The notes beneath the pieces were generated by a model, which searched no databases, was not told where the DNA came from, and was given only the letters and a program-made list of their open reading frames with translations. Of a stretch of DNA of 64,000 bases, positions 10,701-21,200 are shown piece after piece (positions within the stretch are counted from its first letter, which is position 1; each line of letters opens with the position of its first letter). This DNA comes from Candidatus Eiseniibacteriota bacterium (GTDB lineage Bacteria; Eisenbacteria; RBG-16-71-46; CAZEPH01): contig JBGATO010000013.1 of the NCBI GenBank assembly GCA_044229145.1, positions 1 through 64,000 on the forward strand, given 5' to 3'. A program made the position numbers and the translations under genes.

Positions 10701-11383
10701 GTGCGCGAGGTGCGCGTCGCGTGACGCCGCATGCCGCCCTCGGCCAGCGTGTCGACGGTGACGGTGACATCGTCGATGTCTTCGCGCACCACGATCCATG
10801 CCACCGAACCGCCGAGTGTCTCCACTGCGAGGTCGGCGAGTCGCGCGTACAGCAATGTGCGGTCGACGCCCGGCGCGATCAGGTCCTCGGCTTCGTGCAA
10901 CGCCGCGAGCGCGTTGAGCAATTGCACGCCGCGCGCTTGGCGCGCCTCGACGCCGAGGAGCGCGATGGCGGCGAGCCGTCCGTCGGTGCCGCGCACCGGA
11001 CCGAGCGACCACACGTGCGTCGCGGTGTCGTCGGACGCCGTGCGCATCGACAGCACGACGTCGTCGATCGGGCCGCGCGCCGCACGCGCGAAAGCATCCT
11101 CCGCGGCTTCGAGGTCGAGCAGGAGCGGCCGCAGCGACACGCTGCCCGATGCCGCCGGGGCGAGGCCGAGCCGCACGCGTGCCGCCTCGTTCATCCAGAG
11201 GATGTCGCCGCGCGCGCTGGCCAGCAGGGCGAGGCGCCCGCACGCGGCGAGTACGCGCTGCGCGGTGTCGACCGTGGCGGCGTCGGTGCGGCTCGCCGGC
11301 GGACGTAAGGGGTCCGTGGCGTCGCGTCGAAGCGTGCGGCTGTCGTCCGCGGGAAATGTTTCGGGCCGCCGGGGGCTCGACAT
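7760..11383 (-). CDS. Sensor diguanylate cyclase, PAS-like + about 5 GAF + GGDEF
   Basis: Repeated GAF signatures ending AIENARLY / AVENARSY; DPLT, DVDAFKSFNDRFGH, RATD I-site, intact GGDEF. Confidence 0.92.
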   Translation of the reverse strand: MSSPRRPETFPADDSRTLRRDATDPLRPPASRTDAATVDTAQRVLAACGRLALLASARGDILWMNEAARVRLGLAPAASGSVSLRPLLLDLEAAEDAFARAARGPIDDVVLSMRTASDDTATHVWSLGPVRGTDGRLAAIALLGVEARQARGVQLLNALAALHEAEDLIAPGVDRTLLYARLADLAVETLGGSVAWIVVREDIDDVTVTVDTLAEGGMRRHATRTSRTASLGADSSPAALVGEPLAAHNVGRDTRLPEPLRVWATEKSLTRLLATPLTCDDHQIGTLGLAVRDDAVLSDDDFARLQLFADAAAHVLRRADLVRVDHEHTQRHATLLEVARAIDAAATSVEITDLTLTGAPRITGASRALLFLTADGGFRCAGVVSPGNPAFPAGLSLDDSDVPALLETLRQGALPVTIADALNSRLLPAPLTHLLDMRAATVAPLIVRGALRGLLLVDEPHVARPLSQRDASLLATLAQHAAAALDAVEIRERVRGLQVALDQRTAEVDAMHRISVTMHATLNLEEVLQQAVEDGRKLAGVTRCTVSLCEGADTIALRAVARDSTTPHDRLGRPFPLAVHGRTRLALVSQRAVEIADIATEPLTGEERAWMETLGIRSCLIVPLIAHGKSIGTMSFSTLDDVKVFGAREKELCDMLAKAVATAIENARLYEADRRQLRFAETVSSISRTVSTTLSLPRVLRAVGDTVLEILRADRAGIFLLDEDERRMRPEYVVGVTDALRRAIMGRSFAIDTPLFRQLLAEGTPLRVPEARNDPRAPGALVSELDLHAMVLLPLVARDHVIGVVITDSAAGLADLSDQELALAMAICDQAALAVENARSYAETEARMRDLQALYDISGMLGSASTPHEVISYVLHRVRGLLPSSHVQLFLTEDNGTQLTLRETRTSRGVAQEGADAHPITIDDIRGCWALNRGQCFSVPDTDADFRCSYDALDRETPPRCYACVPITAGAATFGVLRVASDQPRAFTREHLRLTEAIAGQLGGALQRSRLLDDLNARTVRDPLTEVSNHRHFMEKLANELRRAQRTSSPVALLYVDVDAFKSFNDRFGHPVGDALLRTLAHVMRDAVRATDEVGRLGGDEFAIFLPNTDLAGGAVLAEKLRSRIAETRFIGSGDTPAAHATVSVGVAAYPGEGLTAEDLTRAADDALYHAKAQGRNAVVAASADRRAAGGDTHTAPAEQGAGESRV

Positions 11384-11503
11384 CGTGTGTCTCCAACTGC
11401 GGCGTGGGCGGTGTAATCCGGGGGAGCGGGGAAGGCGGATAGACTACTCGCGCCTGTGCCAGAGGGAAAGCGAAACCGTCGCGGGATGGTTCGGCGCCGC
11501 GCG

Positions 11504-13003
11504 TTAACGCGGGGTGGTGACATCCTCGGCGATGCAGGCACCGCCTTTGCCGCGACGTTTGGCGGCGTAGAGCGCGGCGTCGGCGGCGCGGAGCAAGGAC
11601 GCCGCATCGCGTCCGTGGTCGGGATAGGTCGCGAGCCCGCCGGACACCGAGACACCGCCGGCCCGGCCTTCCACCACGATTTCGCGCAGCGACTCCAACA
11701 ACGTCGTGAACAACACCAAGCCGCCGCGCGCCGCGGTGTGCGGCAACAACAAGGCGAATTCGTCGCCGCCCACGCGGGCCACGATGTCGCTGGCGCGCAC
11801 GCGGCCAACGATACGCTCGGCCAGTTCGCACAGCGCCGCGTCGGCCGCCGGGTGACCGACGCTATCGTTGAGTCCCTTGAGATCGTCGAGGTCGAGATAC
11901 ATCACGGTGAGCGGGACACCCTCCCGGCGGGCGCGTGCCAACTCGCCGTCGAGGCGATGCACGAACTCGCGCCGGTTGGTGAGGCCGGTGAGTGGGTCGC
12001 GGGTGGCCAGGCGTTCGAGTTCGGCGATCTGGCGCAGGCGGTGCGCGACCGCGGTGGCGCGCGCCGCCGCGTCTTGCGCGCGGCGAATCGCTGGGTCGAG
12101 ACGTCGGCGCGACGTGACCCCGTGCAGGTGCAATGCGCCCGCCGGCGCGCCGTCGTGCGGAAACGGCACGCACAATCGCGGCATCGCCCCGGCGCCGCAC
12201 CGGCAGGACCAGCCCGCGCGTCGCCGGACGTCGGCGCCATGGTCGAACCATTCGACCTCCACCGTCGTGAGATCGAGGAACGAGGCGAGCGCGTCGCCGA
12301 CGGCAGTCGCAAGGACATCCACGGTGTCGCTGCCGGCGAACGCCGCCGCCAGCGCATGCTCGAGCGCCACCACGTGGGCCGCTTCCGCGTGTCGATGCCG
12401 CAGCTCGGCAGCCTCGATCGCGGTGGCAAGTCGCGCGGCGCCATCGGCGAGGACCTCCGCGATCGCTGGCGGGACCTCGACCACGCGGTCGCCGCCGTCA
12501 CAGGCGAAGAAGCCGGCACATGCGCCGCCGCGCACTACCGGCACCAGCAAGAGCGTCCGCACCCCGAAGGCACGCGTCATGGGGGCGAAGACGCGTTCGG
12601 CGGCGTGCGCCACCAGCGGATGCAGGGTCGATTCGAGGCGCGCGAGCAACACGGTCCCGCCGCGCGGCACGCGGTGCTTGGCGACCAGCCTCTCCTGATG
12701 CGGCGTCAGGCCGCGTGTGCACTGCGGCACGTAGTCGCCCGAGGCGGCGAGCAGATAGAGCGCGCCGCGCACCGCGCCTGCGGCCGGCAGCGCGGCGTCG
12801 ACGAATTCGCGCCACAACGCGTCGCCGCGTCGTCCCCGATCCGCGCGGGCGGCGAGCCGCCGACATGTCTCTCCGAGACGCTCGGCGGGCGCGGCGCGGG
12901 TGCGCGCGGTGCGTGGCGGGGCAGGCAGCGCCGGATGCAGGACCGCGGCCGCGCGTTCGGGCGCGGTCGCGGCACGGGTCCGCTGGCCGGTGTCTGCCTT
13001 CAT
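11504..13003 (-). CDS. GAF-containing diguanylate cyclase
   Basis: DPLTGL, DLDDLKGLNDSVGH, RASD I-site, GGDEF; AGGAG RBS before ATG 13003. Confidence 0.88.
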   Translation of the reverse strand: MKADTGQRTRAATAPERAAAVLHPALPAPPRTARTRAAPAERLGETCRRLAARADRGRRGDALWREFVDAALPAAGAVRGALYLLAASGDYVPQCTRGLTPHQERLVAKHRVPRGGTVLLARLESTLHPLVAHAAERVFAPMTRAFGVRTLLLVPVVRGGACAGFFACDGGDRVVEVPPAIAEVLADGAARLATAIEAAELRHRHAEAAHVVALEHALAAAFAGSDTVDVLATAVGDALASFLDLTTVEVEWFDHGADVRRRAGWSCRCGAGAMPRLCVPFPHDGAPAGALHLHGVTSRRRLDPAIRRAQDAAARATAVAHRLRQIAELERLATRDPLTGLTNRREFVHRLDGELARARREGVPLTVMYLDLDDLKGLNDSVGHPAADAALCELAERIVGRVRASDIVARVGGDEFALLLPHTAARGGLVLFTTLLESLREIVVEGRAGGVSVSGGLATYPDHGRDAASLLRAADAALYAAKRRGKGGACIAEDVTTPR

Positions 13004-13129
13004 GGCTCGCTCCTGCGAGGAGCTCGCGAACGGGTCGTCCTGACCCAATGCCGCGAGCGCGTGAGGGTTCTCAGCGCAATTGTCGGCGGGTGCGAGGCGC
13101 GGCTTGAGGCGAACGGCTCCGACTCGGTG

Positions 13130-14281
13130 TTACAAACGCCGGGCGATCAGCAGGGCGCTGGGGTCATCCAAGCGCACTTGGCGGGCACGACCGAACCCGG
13201 CGCGCGCGCACAAGGCCGCCAGTTCGCGTCCCGAATACGCGGTGCCGCCGCGCGTGGTGACCAACATGTTGACGGCGAAGAACAACGCCGCGGCCGTCCC
13301 AGTGCGCTCGGCGTTGGTGACGAACTCCTGGATCACCAGGCGACCGCCCGGGACCAGCGCCTTGCGCGCCTTGCGCAACACGGTGAGAGCGTCGCGTTCC
13401 GAGAGTCCATGCAAGATGTTCGACACGAAGACGAGGTCGAAGCCGCGGCCGAGGTCGTCGTGCAGGAAATCGCCGGCACGCGTCGTGATGCGCGCGCTGA
13501 GCCCGGCCGCCGCGATGCGTTCCGCCGCGATCTCCGCGGGCAGCGGGCGGTCGAACGCCTCCACGGCCAACACCGGCGATGCCTGCGCGAACGCGATGGA
13601 GTACGTGCCCGGCCCACACCCGACATCGAGCATGCGCCGGACGCCACGTAGCGGCACGTGCGGCATCACCACCGGCAGGCGCGGCAACGCGATATTCTCC
13701 ATCGCGCGAATGAACGTCGACATCTCGGCGCGCGCGTGATCGTCGTTGGGCGGCGGGGCGAGCGCCGACGCGGCGGGGTGCACCGGATCGGGGCCGGGCC
13801 GCGACACCAGCGTCGAGGCATCCGCCGGGACGTCGAACGACGGCACGCCGTGCCGGACGATCGCCGGCATGTGCGCCCAATGCGCGAACAGACCGGCCTG
13901 CAGGCTCATGACATCGCCTTGGTAGTGCTCGCTGGTGGCGATCAACGTGGTGGCGGCGATCGGCGTCAGGCGCCAGGTCGCGCCGCGACGCGCCACCAGT
14001 CCAAGCGGTTGCAGGGCCTCGAGGAGCGTTCGCATCGCGGCGCCGTCGCAGCGCAGCGCGCGCGCCAACTCAGCGGCGCCGCGCGGCGTGGCGTGCAACG
14101 CCTCGAACACGCCGAGCTGGTGCGCGGTGAGCAACAGCACCGAGCGGCGATACGCGGTCGCCATGTCCTGCAGGCGATAGATGGCCGCCGTCGGGGACAT
14201 TTCGCGCGCCGGCGCCGCGCGGCGCGGGGCGCCGAACGTCGGTCCGGGTTGCGGAGGCTGCGACTTCGCGGCTCGCGTCAC
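13130..14281 (-). CDS. SAM-dependent O-methyltransferase (dimerisation domain + Methyltransf_2)
   Basis: N-terminal LGVFEAL winged helix, LDVGCGPG, AGDFL, SNILH, LVPGGRL. Start GTG 14281 or ATG 14200. Confidence 0.88.
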   Translation of the reverse strand: MTRAAKSQPPQPGPTFGAPRRAAPAREMSPTAAIYRLQDMATAYRRSVLLLTAHQLGVFEALHATPRGAAELARALRCDGAAMRTLLEALQPLGLVARRGATWRLTPIAATTLIATSEHYQGDVMSLQAGLFAHWAHMPAIVRHGVPSFDVPADASTLVSRPGPDPVHPAASALAPPPNDDHARAEMSTFIRAMENIALPRLPVVMPHVPLRGVRRMLDVGCGPGTYSIAFAQASPVLAVEAFDRPLPAEIAAERIAAAGLSARITTRAGDFLHDDLGRGFDLVFVSNILHGLSERDALTVLRKARKALVPGGRLVIQEFVTNAERTGTAAALFFAVNMLVTTRGGTAYSGRELAALCARAGFGRARQVRLDDPSALLIARRL

Positions 14282-14283
14282 GC

Positions 14284-17274
14284 TCAATTCGTCCGGGTGA
14301 TCGTCACTTGCGGCTTCGGCGGCGGCGGCACCTCTCGCAGATCGGCGCGCAGCACTTCCACCTTCACCGTCTTCTTCTTGGCGGTCACCCAGTCGTCCAT
14401 CTTCTTCTGCAGCAACTCCGATTCGAGGCTGGCGCGGTCGGCGGCGAACGAGTGGCCGGCCGCCGTCTTGCGCTCCTCGACGCGGAACACCGCCACGCCC
14501 TGCGCGGTGATCACGGTGTCGCTCACCGCGCCCGCCTTCATGGCGAACGCCTTCTCGATGAGCCGCGGCTCGCTGCCCAAGTACGGGATGTAGGCCGAGC
14601 CGCGCAGCAGATCGCCCGAGTCCTTCAGGCCGCCGAAGTAGCCGGCCAGCGAGTCGAGCGATGCGCCGCTCTGCAGCGCGGCGCGCAGGTCGGCTGCCTT
14701 CTGCAGCGCGAGCTCCTTCTTGCGGGCATCCTGCGCGTCGCGGATCGCCTGCGTCTTGACCTCGGCGAACTCGGCCTGGCCCGCCGGAATCGCGTCCTTG
14801 AGCCGGAGCACCACGTACTGCGTGTTCTCCTTGTAGACCTTGGCGGCCCACACGCCCTTCTTCATCGCCGGCAGGTCGGGGTCGAGTCCGGCGATGTAGC
14901 CGATGCCCGGCGCCGGATCGCCCGCCGCGAACGGCGTGGTGGTTTGCACGCCGCCGTGGTCGAGCGCCAGCGCGTCGGTGTTGCCGCCGGCCGCCGCCTT
15001 CTTGCGAATCGCCTCGGCCTTGGCCTTGGAGGTCGAGTCGGCGAGCGTGGTGGCGAGCTGCGTCTTGATCGCCTCGCGCACCTCGGTGTACGGCTTGGTG
15101 CCGGACTTCTTCTTCTCCTGCGTTTGGATGATGTGGTAGCCGAACTGCGTCTTCACGAGCTGGCTGATCTGGCCCGGCTCGAGGGAGAACGCGGCGTCCT
15201 CGAACGGCTTCACCATCTGGCCGCGGCCGAACCATCCGAGGTCGCCGCCGTTGCGGCCGGAGCCCGGGTCCTGCGAGAAGTTCTTCGCGACCTCCGCGAA
15301 GTCGGCGCCACTGCGCAGTGCGCCGAGCAGCGAGTCCGCCTTGGCCTGCGCGACGGCGTCCGCCTTCTCGCCCGACGCGGCGTCGACACCGATCAAGATG
15401 TGGCGCGCCCGCACCTGTTCGTCCTGCTTGTAGTCCTTGAGGTGCGCGTCGTAGTAGCGGCGCACCGACGCCTCGGCCACGGCGACCGAGTCCGCCGGCG
15501 GGATCTTCACGCTGATGTAGTCGAACGCGTACTTCGGCTTGGTCTTGTACGTCGTCTTGTGCGCCTCGAAGTACGCCTGCGCGTCAGCCTCGTCCTGCTT
15601 GCGCTTGTTCTCGGTGACGCCGGCGATGACCCGCTGCAACACCTGATCGAACGGTTGCACGTAGTTGGTGTCGCGCGCTTCGATGCGCCACAGACTGCTG
15701 CGGCCCGCGAAGCTGCGCGGACCTTCGATGGCGCCGAGTGTGACCGCGGTCCGCGACACCAGCGAGTCCATGAACACGAGCGGCCAGATCGAGTCGACGA
15801 GCGCGCCCTTCGAGAGTTGGATGCGGTCGGCGCTCGCCTTGGCGGACTTGAGCGCGCCCGTCATGTCCTTCCCGGCGCTCCAGTCCTTCGCCAGCTTGGC
15901 GAGGACGGCGGCACTCGACGCCCGCCGGGTGTCGTAGAGGATGCGGTCGCGGATCACGATGCGCAGCGAGTCGGTGAGCAACGGCACCGGGAAGTTGGGA
16001 TCGGCGGCCTTCGGCAGCAGCTCGCGGCCGTTGGCCGCGTACCACGCGTCGATCTGCTTCGGCGACGGCGTCGTGGCCTTCTGGAGTTCGTCCTGCACGA
16101 CGAGACGCGCGATGGTGACGCGCGGCGTGCGGAACTCCTCGGGGTGCTGGTCGTAGTAGGCGTGCCGGTCGGCGTCGGCCGTGGTCTTGCGCTTCTCGGC
16201 GTCGGCACGGCGCTTGGCGTCGGTGACGACCTCGCGCAGCGGCGGCACCTCGCGCGGGTGGCGCTCGACGATGGCACCCGCGACGATCGCATCGCCCGAT
16301 TCCGCCGGCCCGACGACGCGAATCGTGGTGTCGGTGTCGGCGTGCTGCAACTGCGTCACCCATTCGCTCACCGCGCCGAGCGTCGGAATCGTGGCGGCCG
16401 GCACGTCGAACACGCCGGTGTCGAACACGCCGCCGTGCGTCGCGGCGATGGAATCGATGGACGCGCCGGCGCGCAGCGAGTCGACCACTGCCTGACCGTG
16501 GAGCAACTGCTGCCCGAGCACCGTGGCGCGCAACGAGTCACCGGCCGGCGGCAGCGCGAGCTTCACGTACTTGACCCGCACGCGCGGCCGGCGCTCGAAC
16601 TCGCTCTGGTGCGTCGCGTAGTAGGCCTGCACCTCCGCGGGTGTCGCCTCGCCGTCGAGACTGACGTCCCGCTGACCCACCGAGACGAACTTGAGATGCA
16701 CTTGATCGTTGCGCTTGTCGAACTCGGCGCGCAGTTGCGCCGGTGTCGGCGTCAAGCGCTGGCGCAACAGGCGGTCCATCTTCGCGGTGCGCGCGATTTC
16801 CTGTACCCGCGGCAACACCTGCTGATAGTTCGAGCCCGGCTGCGTCTTGAACCCCGCAAACTTCGCCGGGTCGAACTTGCCGTTGGTGTAGAAGAACGGA
16901 TCCTGCTTGAGGATGGCGTCCGTCTCGGCTTCGGTCACGGCGAGCTTGGTGCGTTGCGCCTCGATCGCCATGAGCTCGCGGCGGAACAGTTCGTTGAGCA
17001 CGTTCTGCTTCGCCAGCTTCTGGAGGTCGTCGGTGAAGGCGTCCTTGAGCTGGGCGCGGAGCTGCGCGAAGTACGGCAGCGCCACCGCGTCGAACTCCTG
17101 CTGCGTGATCGGCCGGCCGCCGATGCGCGCGATCACCGGCGACGAGGGCGGCGGCGGCGTCTGCTGCTGCGGCGGCTGTCCCTGCGGCGGTTGGGCCACC
17201 GCCCAGGCTCCAGCGAACAAGAGGACGAACAGCGCAGGGGTCAGCTTCCGGGGAGACACACGCTCGGGCCACAT
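14284..17274 (-). CDS. Periplasmic PpiD/SurA-like peptidyl-prolyl isomerase chaperone (about 996 aa)
   Basis: SurA N-like domain; parvulin motif RARHIL..FAEVAKNFSQDPGS..GGDLGWF..GQMVKPFEDAAF..VKTQFGYHII; AAGGAGG upstream. Confidence 0.88.
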   Translation of the reverse strand: MWPERVSPRKLTPALFVLLFAGAWAVAQPPQGQPPQQQTPPPPSSPVIARIGGRPITQQEFDAVALPYFAQLRAQLKDAFTDDLQKLAKQNVLNELFRRELMAIEAQRTKLAVTEAETDAILKQDPFFYTNGKFDPAKFAGFKTQPGSNYQQVLPRVQEIARTAKMDRLLRQRLTPTPAQLRAEFDKRNDQVHLKFVSVGQRDVSLDGEATPAEVQAYYATHQSEFERRPRVRVKYVKLALPPAGDSLRATVLGQQLLHGQAVVDSLRAGASIDSIAATHGGVFDTGVFDVPAATIPTLGAVSEWVTQLQHADTDTTIRVVGPAESGDAIVAGAIVERHPREVPPLREVVTDAKRRADAEKRKTTADADRHAYYDQHPEEFRTPRVTIARLVVQDELQKATTPSPKQIDAWYAANGRELLPKAADPNFPVPLLTDSLRIVIRDRILYDTRRASSAAVLAKLAKDWSAGKDMTGALKSAKASADRIQLSKGALVDSIWPLVFMDSLVSRTAVTLGAIEGPRSFAGRSSLWRIEARDTNYVQPFDQVLQRVIAGVTENKRKQDEADAQAYFEAHKTTYKTKPKYAFDYISVKIPPADSVAVAEASVRRYYDAHLKDYKQDEQVRARHILIGVDAASGEKADAVAQAKADSLLGALRSGADFAEVAKNFSQDPGSGRNGGDLGWFGRGQMVKPFEDAAFSLEPGQISQLVKTQFGYHIIQTQEKKKSGTKPYTEVREAIKTQLATTLADSTSKAKAEAIRKKAAAGGNTDALALDHGGVQTTTPFAAGDPAPGIGYIAGLDPDLPAMKKGVWAAKVYKENTQYVVLRLKDAIPAGQAEFAEVKTQAIRDAQDARKKELALQKAADLRAALQSGASLDSLAGYFGGLKDSGDLLRGSAYIPYLGSEPRLIEKAFAMKAGAVSDTVITAQGVAVFRVEERKTAAGHSFAADRASLESELLQKKMDDWVTAKKKTVKVEVLRADLREVPPPPKPQVTITRTN

Positions 17275-17649
17275 GATCGGGTAATACCCTCCTTGAGACA
17301 AAGTGAACGTAGCATGGTACGGCAGGGGGCAAGCCACGGCAAGCGCCGGGGGCCGGCGCGCCCGGCGCGGGACCACTTTCCGCTGGAGGCGTGGGGCCGT
17401 CCGGCCGATATCAGCCCCGACGCGCGAACCCCGGCATCGTCCCGCGGCCTGTGGCCCGGTGACGATCGCCCGTCGAGGGGCGGCGCGCCACCGCGACCGC
17501 CCGGCGGGCCGCGCGAGGGGATCGGCCCTCGTGCGACAGCGCCCGCGCCGGGGCGTCGCGACCTCGTGTTCGGCCCGTCCGCTGCGACGGGTCGCCCCCC
17601 GCCTTCTCAGGGATCGAGAGGGCACCCACGCACGACGGAGGAGTCCGGG

Positions 17650-17889
17650 ATGGCGCGGTTCACTGCGGCAGACGTTCGAGCCCTGCAGGCATGGCCTGCC
17701 TCGCGCGCGGATGTCGCGCGGAAACTGCACGCCGCGCTCGAATCATCGGTCGGCGTGCGGGTCACGGTCGACACGATCAACGATCTCACCGGCGAATATC
17801 GCATCGTCCTGCAGGGCACGCTCGAAGCGTCGCCGAGCAAGGAGGATCGCCGTATCGCGTCGGAGGAGACGTTCAGCCAAGCCGCGTAG
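17650..17889 (+). CDS. Small hypothetical protein (79 aa)
   Basis: GGAGGAG RBS, protein-like composition, hairpin downstream. It is the 3' end of shadow ORF 14308..17889. Confidence 0.7.
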   Translation: MARFTAADVRALQAWPASRADVARKLHAALESSVGVRVTVDTINDLTGEYRIVLQGTLEASPSKEDRRIASEETFSQAA

Positions 17890-17959
17890 TGCACTGACGC
17901 GGCGGCGCGCGCCGGAGCCGTGCACGGCGGCCGGCGCACCGACATCTCGCAGCCTGATC

Positions 17960-17991
17960 TCCGGGGAGCCGAATCGCATCGGCTCCCCGGA
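17960..17991. terminator. Perfect 13-bp hairpin
   Basis: TCCGGGGAGCCGA-ATCGCA-TCGGCTCCCCGGA. Confidence 0.6.
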
Positions 17992-18281
17992 ATCGTTTGT
18001 GCGACCTTGGGCCGTTCGCCCGGCCGCCTTGCGACTCTCTCACACGACGTACGGCTCGGGCATACCGTGAATCGTGCTCCAGGTCGTGCCCCCCCGCCGG
18101 CGGCCATCGACAGGTCGTGACGCGCCGCGACGACACGCGGCCCACGGGGTCTCCCGCAGTGCCCCGCCCGTGCCCGCGCCGTTCGGGGCGCCCTGTTTGG
18201 GTTCGAGGGGTATCGCCCGCCGCGGCCCACGCCGCCCCACGGATGGACGACATCGCCTCCCGCTGGTCGTGGAGGTGCAAG

Positions 18282-21200
18282 ATGAGAAGAGAGTGGACGC
18301 GCGTGTGGCGCGCGGTCGTCGTGTTGGTCGTGGTGACGATGTGCGCTCCGCGCCTCGCACACGGCGTGTGGTCGTACGACCCCGCGTTGAACACGCCGGT
18401 GTGCACGGCGATCGCGGATCAGATCTACCCCATCGTCGCGCCGGATGGCCGCGGCGGAGTCGTGGTGGCGTGGGTCGACTACCGCCTGAGCGGCTACGGC
18501 GACATCTACGCGCAGCGGTTCTCCGCGCAGGGCGATCCGCTCTGGGCCGCGGACGGCGTGCCGGTGTGCCGAGCCCAGTACGCGCAGTCGCAGGTGTGTA
18601 TCGCTCCCGACGGAGCAGGTGGCGCCTTCATCGCGTGGACCGACGATCGCGGCGCCTTCCGCAACATCTACGCACAACGTCTCGATTCGCTCGGGACGGC
18701 ACAGTGGACCGCGGAGGGCGAGGCGCTCGGCTTCGCGACGCGCACGCAGATCGACCCGGCGATCGCCGGCGACGGCGCGGGTCACGCCATCGTGACCTAC
18801 ACCGACCAGAAGACCACGTCGAACGACGAAATCTGCAGTGCCGGCTTCGACGGCAACACGATCCTGTGGCGTGCGGATCGCGTGTCGTGGGCGTCGGGGC
18901 CACAGAACGGGTCGCGTGTGATCCCTGACGCCTCCGGCGGCGTCTTCGTGACGTGGGACGACCGCCGCAGCGGCAGCTACACCGACTACTACGACATCTA
19001 CGCCCAGCGCGTGCTGTTCGACGGTACCGTGATGTGGGCGCAGGACGGCGTGCCGGTGTGCGACGCGCGCTATCAGCAGTCGGGCACGCGCGCCTGTCTC
19101 GACGGCAGCGGCGGCGTGATCGTGGCCTGGATCGACAAGCAGGTCGGCACCGGCTACTTCGACGTGTTCGCCAATCGTCTCGACGTCAACGGCGTGCGGC
19201 AGTGGGGCGCGGGAGGCCGTCCGGTGGTGTCGGTCCCGGGCTCGCACGAGTATTACCAACACCTCGTGCCGGATGGCGCGGGCGGCGCCATTCTGGTGTG
19301 GCAAGACGATCGCAACACGGCGAACGTGGTCGACCTCTATGCGCAGCGCATCGATGGCGCGGGCCAACCGCTGTGGCAGGCCAACGGCGTCCCGGTGTGC
19401 GTTGCACCGAACGACCAGCTCCTCAGCATCACGCAGGCCGTCAACATGACGAGCGACGGGGCCGGCGGGGCGGTCATCGTGTGGGAGGACAAGCGCGGCG
19501 GCGCATCCGACCTATTCGCGCAGCGTCTCGATGCCAGCGGACACACGCTGTGGCCGGCGAACGGCATTCCGGTCTGCACGGCGCCGCAGAGCCAGCGCGC
19601 CCCGAGCGTGATGAGCGACGGCGCGGCCGGGGCCGTCGTGGCGTGGTACGACGAGCGCTCGGGACGCGACATCTACGCCGCGCGCCTGCGCGCCTCCGGC
19701 GCGCCGTTCACCATCGCGGCCAGCGCGGGACCGCACGGACAGGTCGTGCCCTCCGGCGTCACCTACGTGCCGTCCGGCGACACGCAGACCTTCACCTTCG
19801 TGCCCGACGTCGACTACATGGTGCAGGACGTCCTGGTCGATGGCGCGTCCGTCGGTGCGGTGACGAGCTACACCTTCAGCGGCGTCGCGGCATCGCACAC
19901 GCTGGCGGTGTCGTTCACGCTGGCGCCGCGCAATATCATCGCGTTCGCCGCCGCCTCGGCGTGCTTGACGCCCGGGACGCCGACGCTGCGCGTGCCGGCG
20001 ACCGTCACCCGCATCGCCAACGCGACGCCGCTGCGCGGGTTCAGCGTCGTCGTGCAGGTGTCGTCGCATCTGCAGTTGGCCGCCGGCACGGCGAGCATTC
20101 GCGAAGGTGCGTATCTCGCCAGCCTCGGCCCGACGATGTTCCAGGTGACCGATCGCGGCGGCGGCGCCTACGCGGTGGACGGCGTTCTGCTCGGCCAGCC
20201 GTGCGGCGCGACCGCGGCCGCCGGCACGTTGTTCGATGTCGAGGTGACGCACGCAGGGATCCCCGGCACCGGTGCCCTCGCCGTCACGACGACGACACTG
20301 CGCGACTGCGGCAATCTCGACGTGGTCTCGAGCGCCGGGCCGCCGTCGCCGGTCACCATCGACCTCACGCCGGTCCAAGTCGGCGCGATCGCGACGCAGA
20401 GCGCCATCGAGGACGTCGAGATGTCGCTCGTGCCGATCGCGACGCTCGATGCGTGCGCGACCGGACCGGTGACGTGGTCCGGCAGCAATTTGCCGGAGAC
20501 CGCCACCGTGGATCCGGCAACCGGGCGCTTCACGTGGACGCCGTCGTGCCGCGCCTTCGATCAGGGACCGCAGTACGGGCCGGTGACGCTCGCGGCACGC
20601 GACGCCGTCGGCAACGTCGGCGTGACGACCTTCGGCATCGTCGTCGCGAACGGACCGGGCACCGTGGCGGTGGCGGCGATCGGCGGGCAGTCGGTCGCGG
20701 AGACCGCGACGCTCGTGGTGCAGCCGCAGGCGACGCCGCAAGGCTGCGCCGAGCCGCCGTTCACGTGGACCGGCAGCGGTCTACCGAGCGGCGCGACGGT
20801 GGATCCGGCCTCGGGCGAATTCCGCTGGACGCCCGACTGTCACGCCGCGCAGAACGGCGGCGTCTACGGACCGATCGTATTGCAGGCACGCGCCGCCACC
20901 GGCGGCACCGGCAGCACGGCGTTCCACGTCGTGGTGACCAACACGCCGGGCACCGTGTTCGTCGAAGCAGTCGAGACGCAGATGGCGGTCGAGACGGTGC
21001 CGCTCCACGTGGTGCCGTTCGCCCGCGTCCTGGGGTGCGCCGACGGGCCGGTCACGTGGACCGGCAGTGGCGTGCCCAGTGACGCGACGGTCGATCCGGC
21101 CACCGGCGAATTCGTCTGGACGCCCGATTGTCGCGCCGCCGACCTCGATCCGCACCGCGGGCCGTTCACGCTGACCGCCCACGCGGCGAGCGGCGAAACC

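Noticed and set aside
14308..17649. Long antisense ORFs (14308..17889, also 26495..28891, 41963..44887, 47840..50149, 60540..62774)
   Set aside because: Shadows of real genes on the opposite strand, caused by high-GC codon bias; Arg/Ala-rich with no motifs
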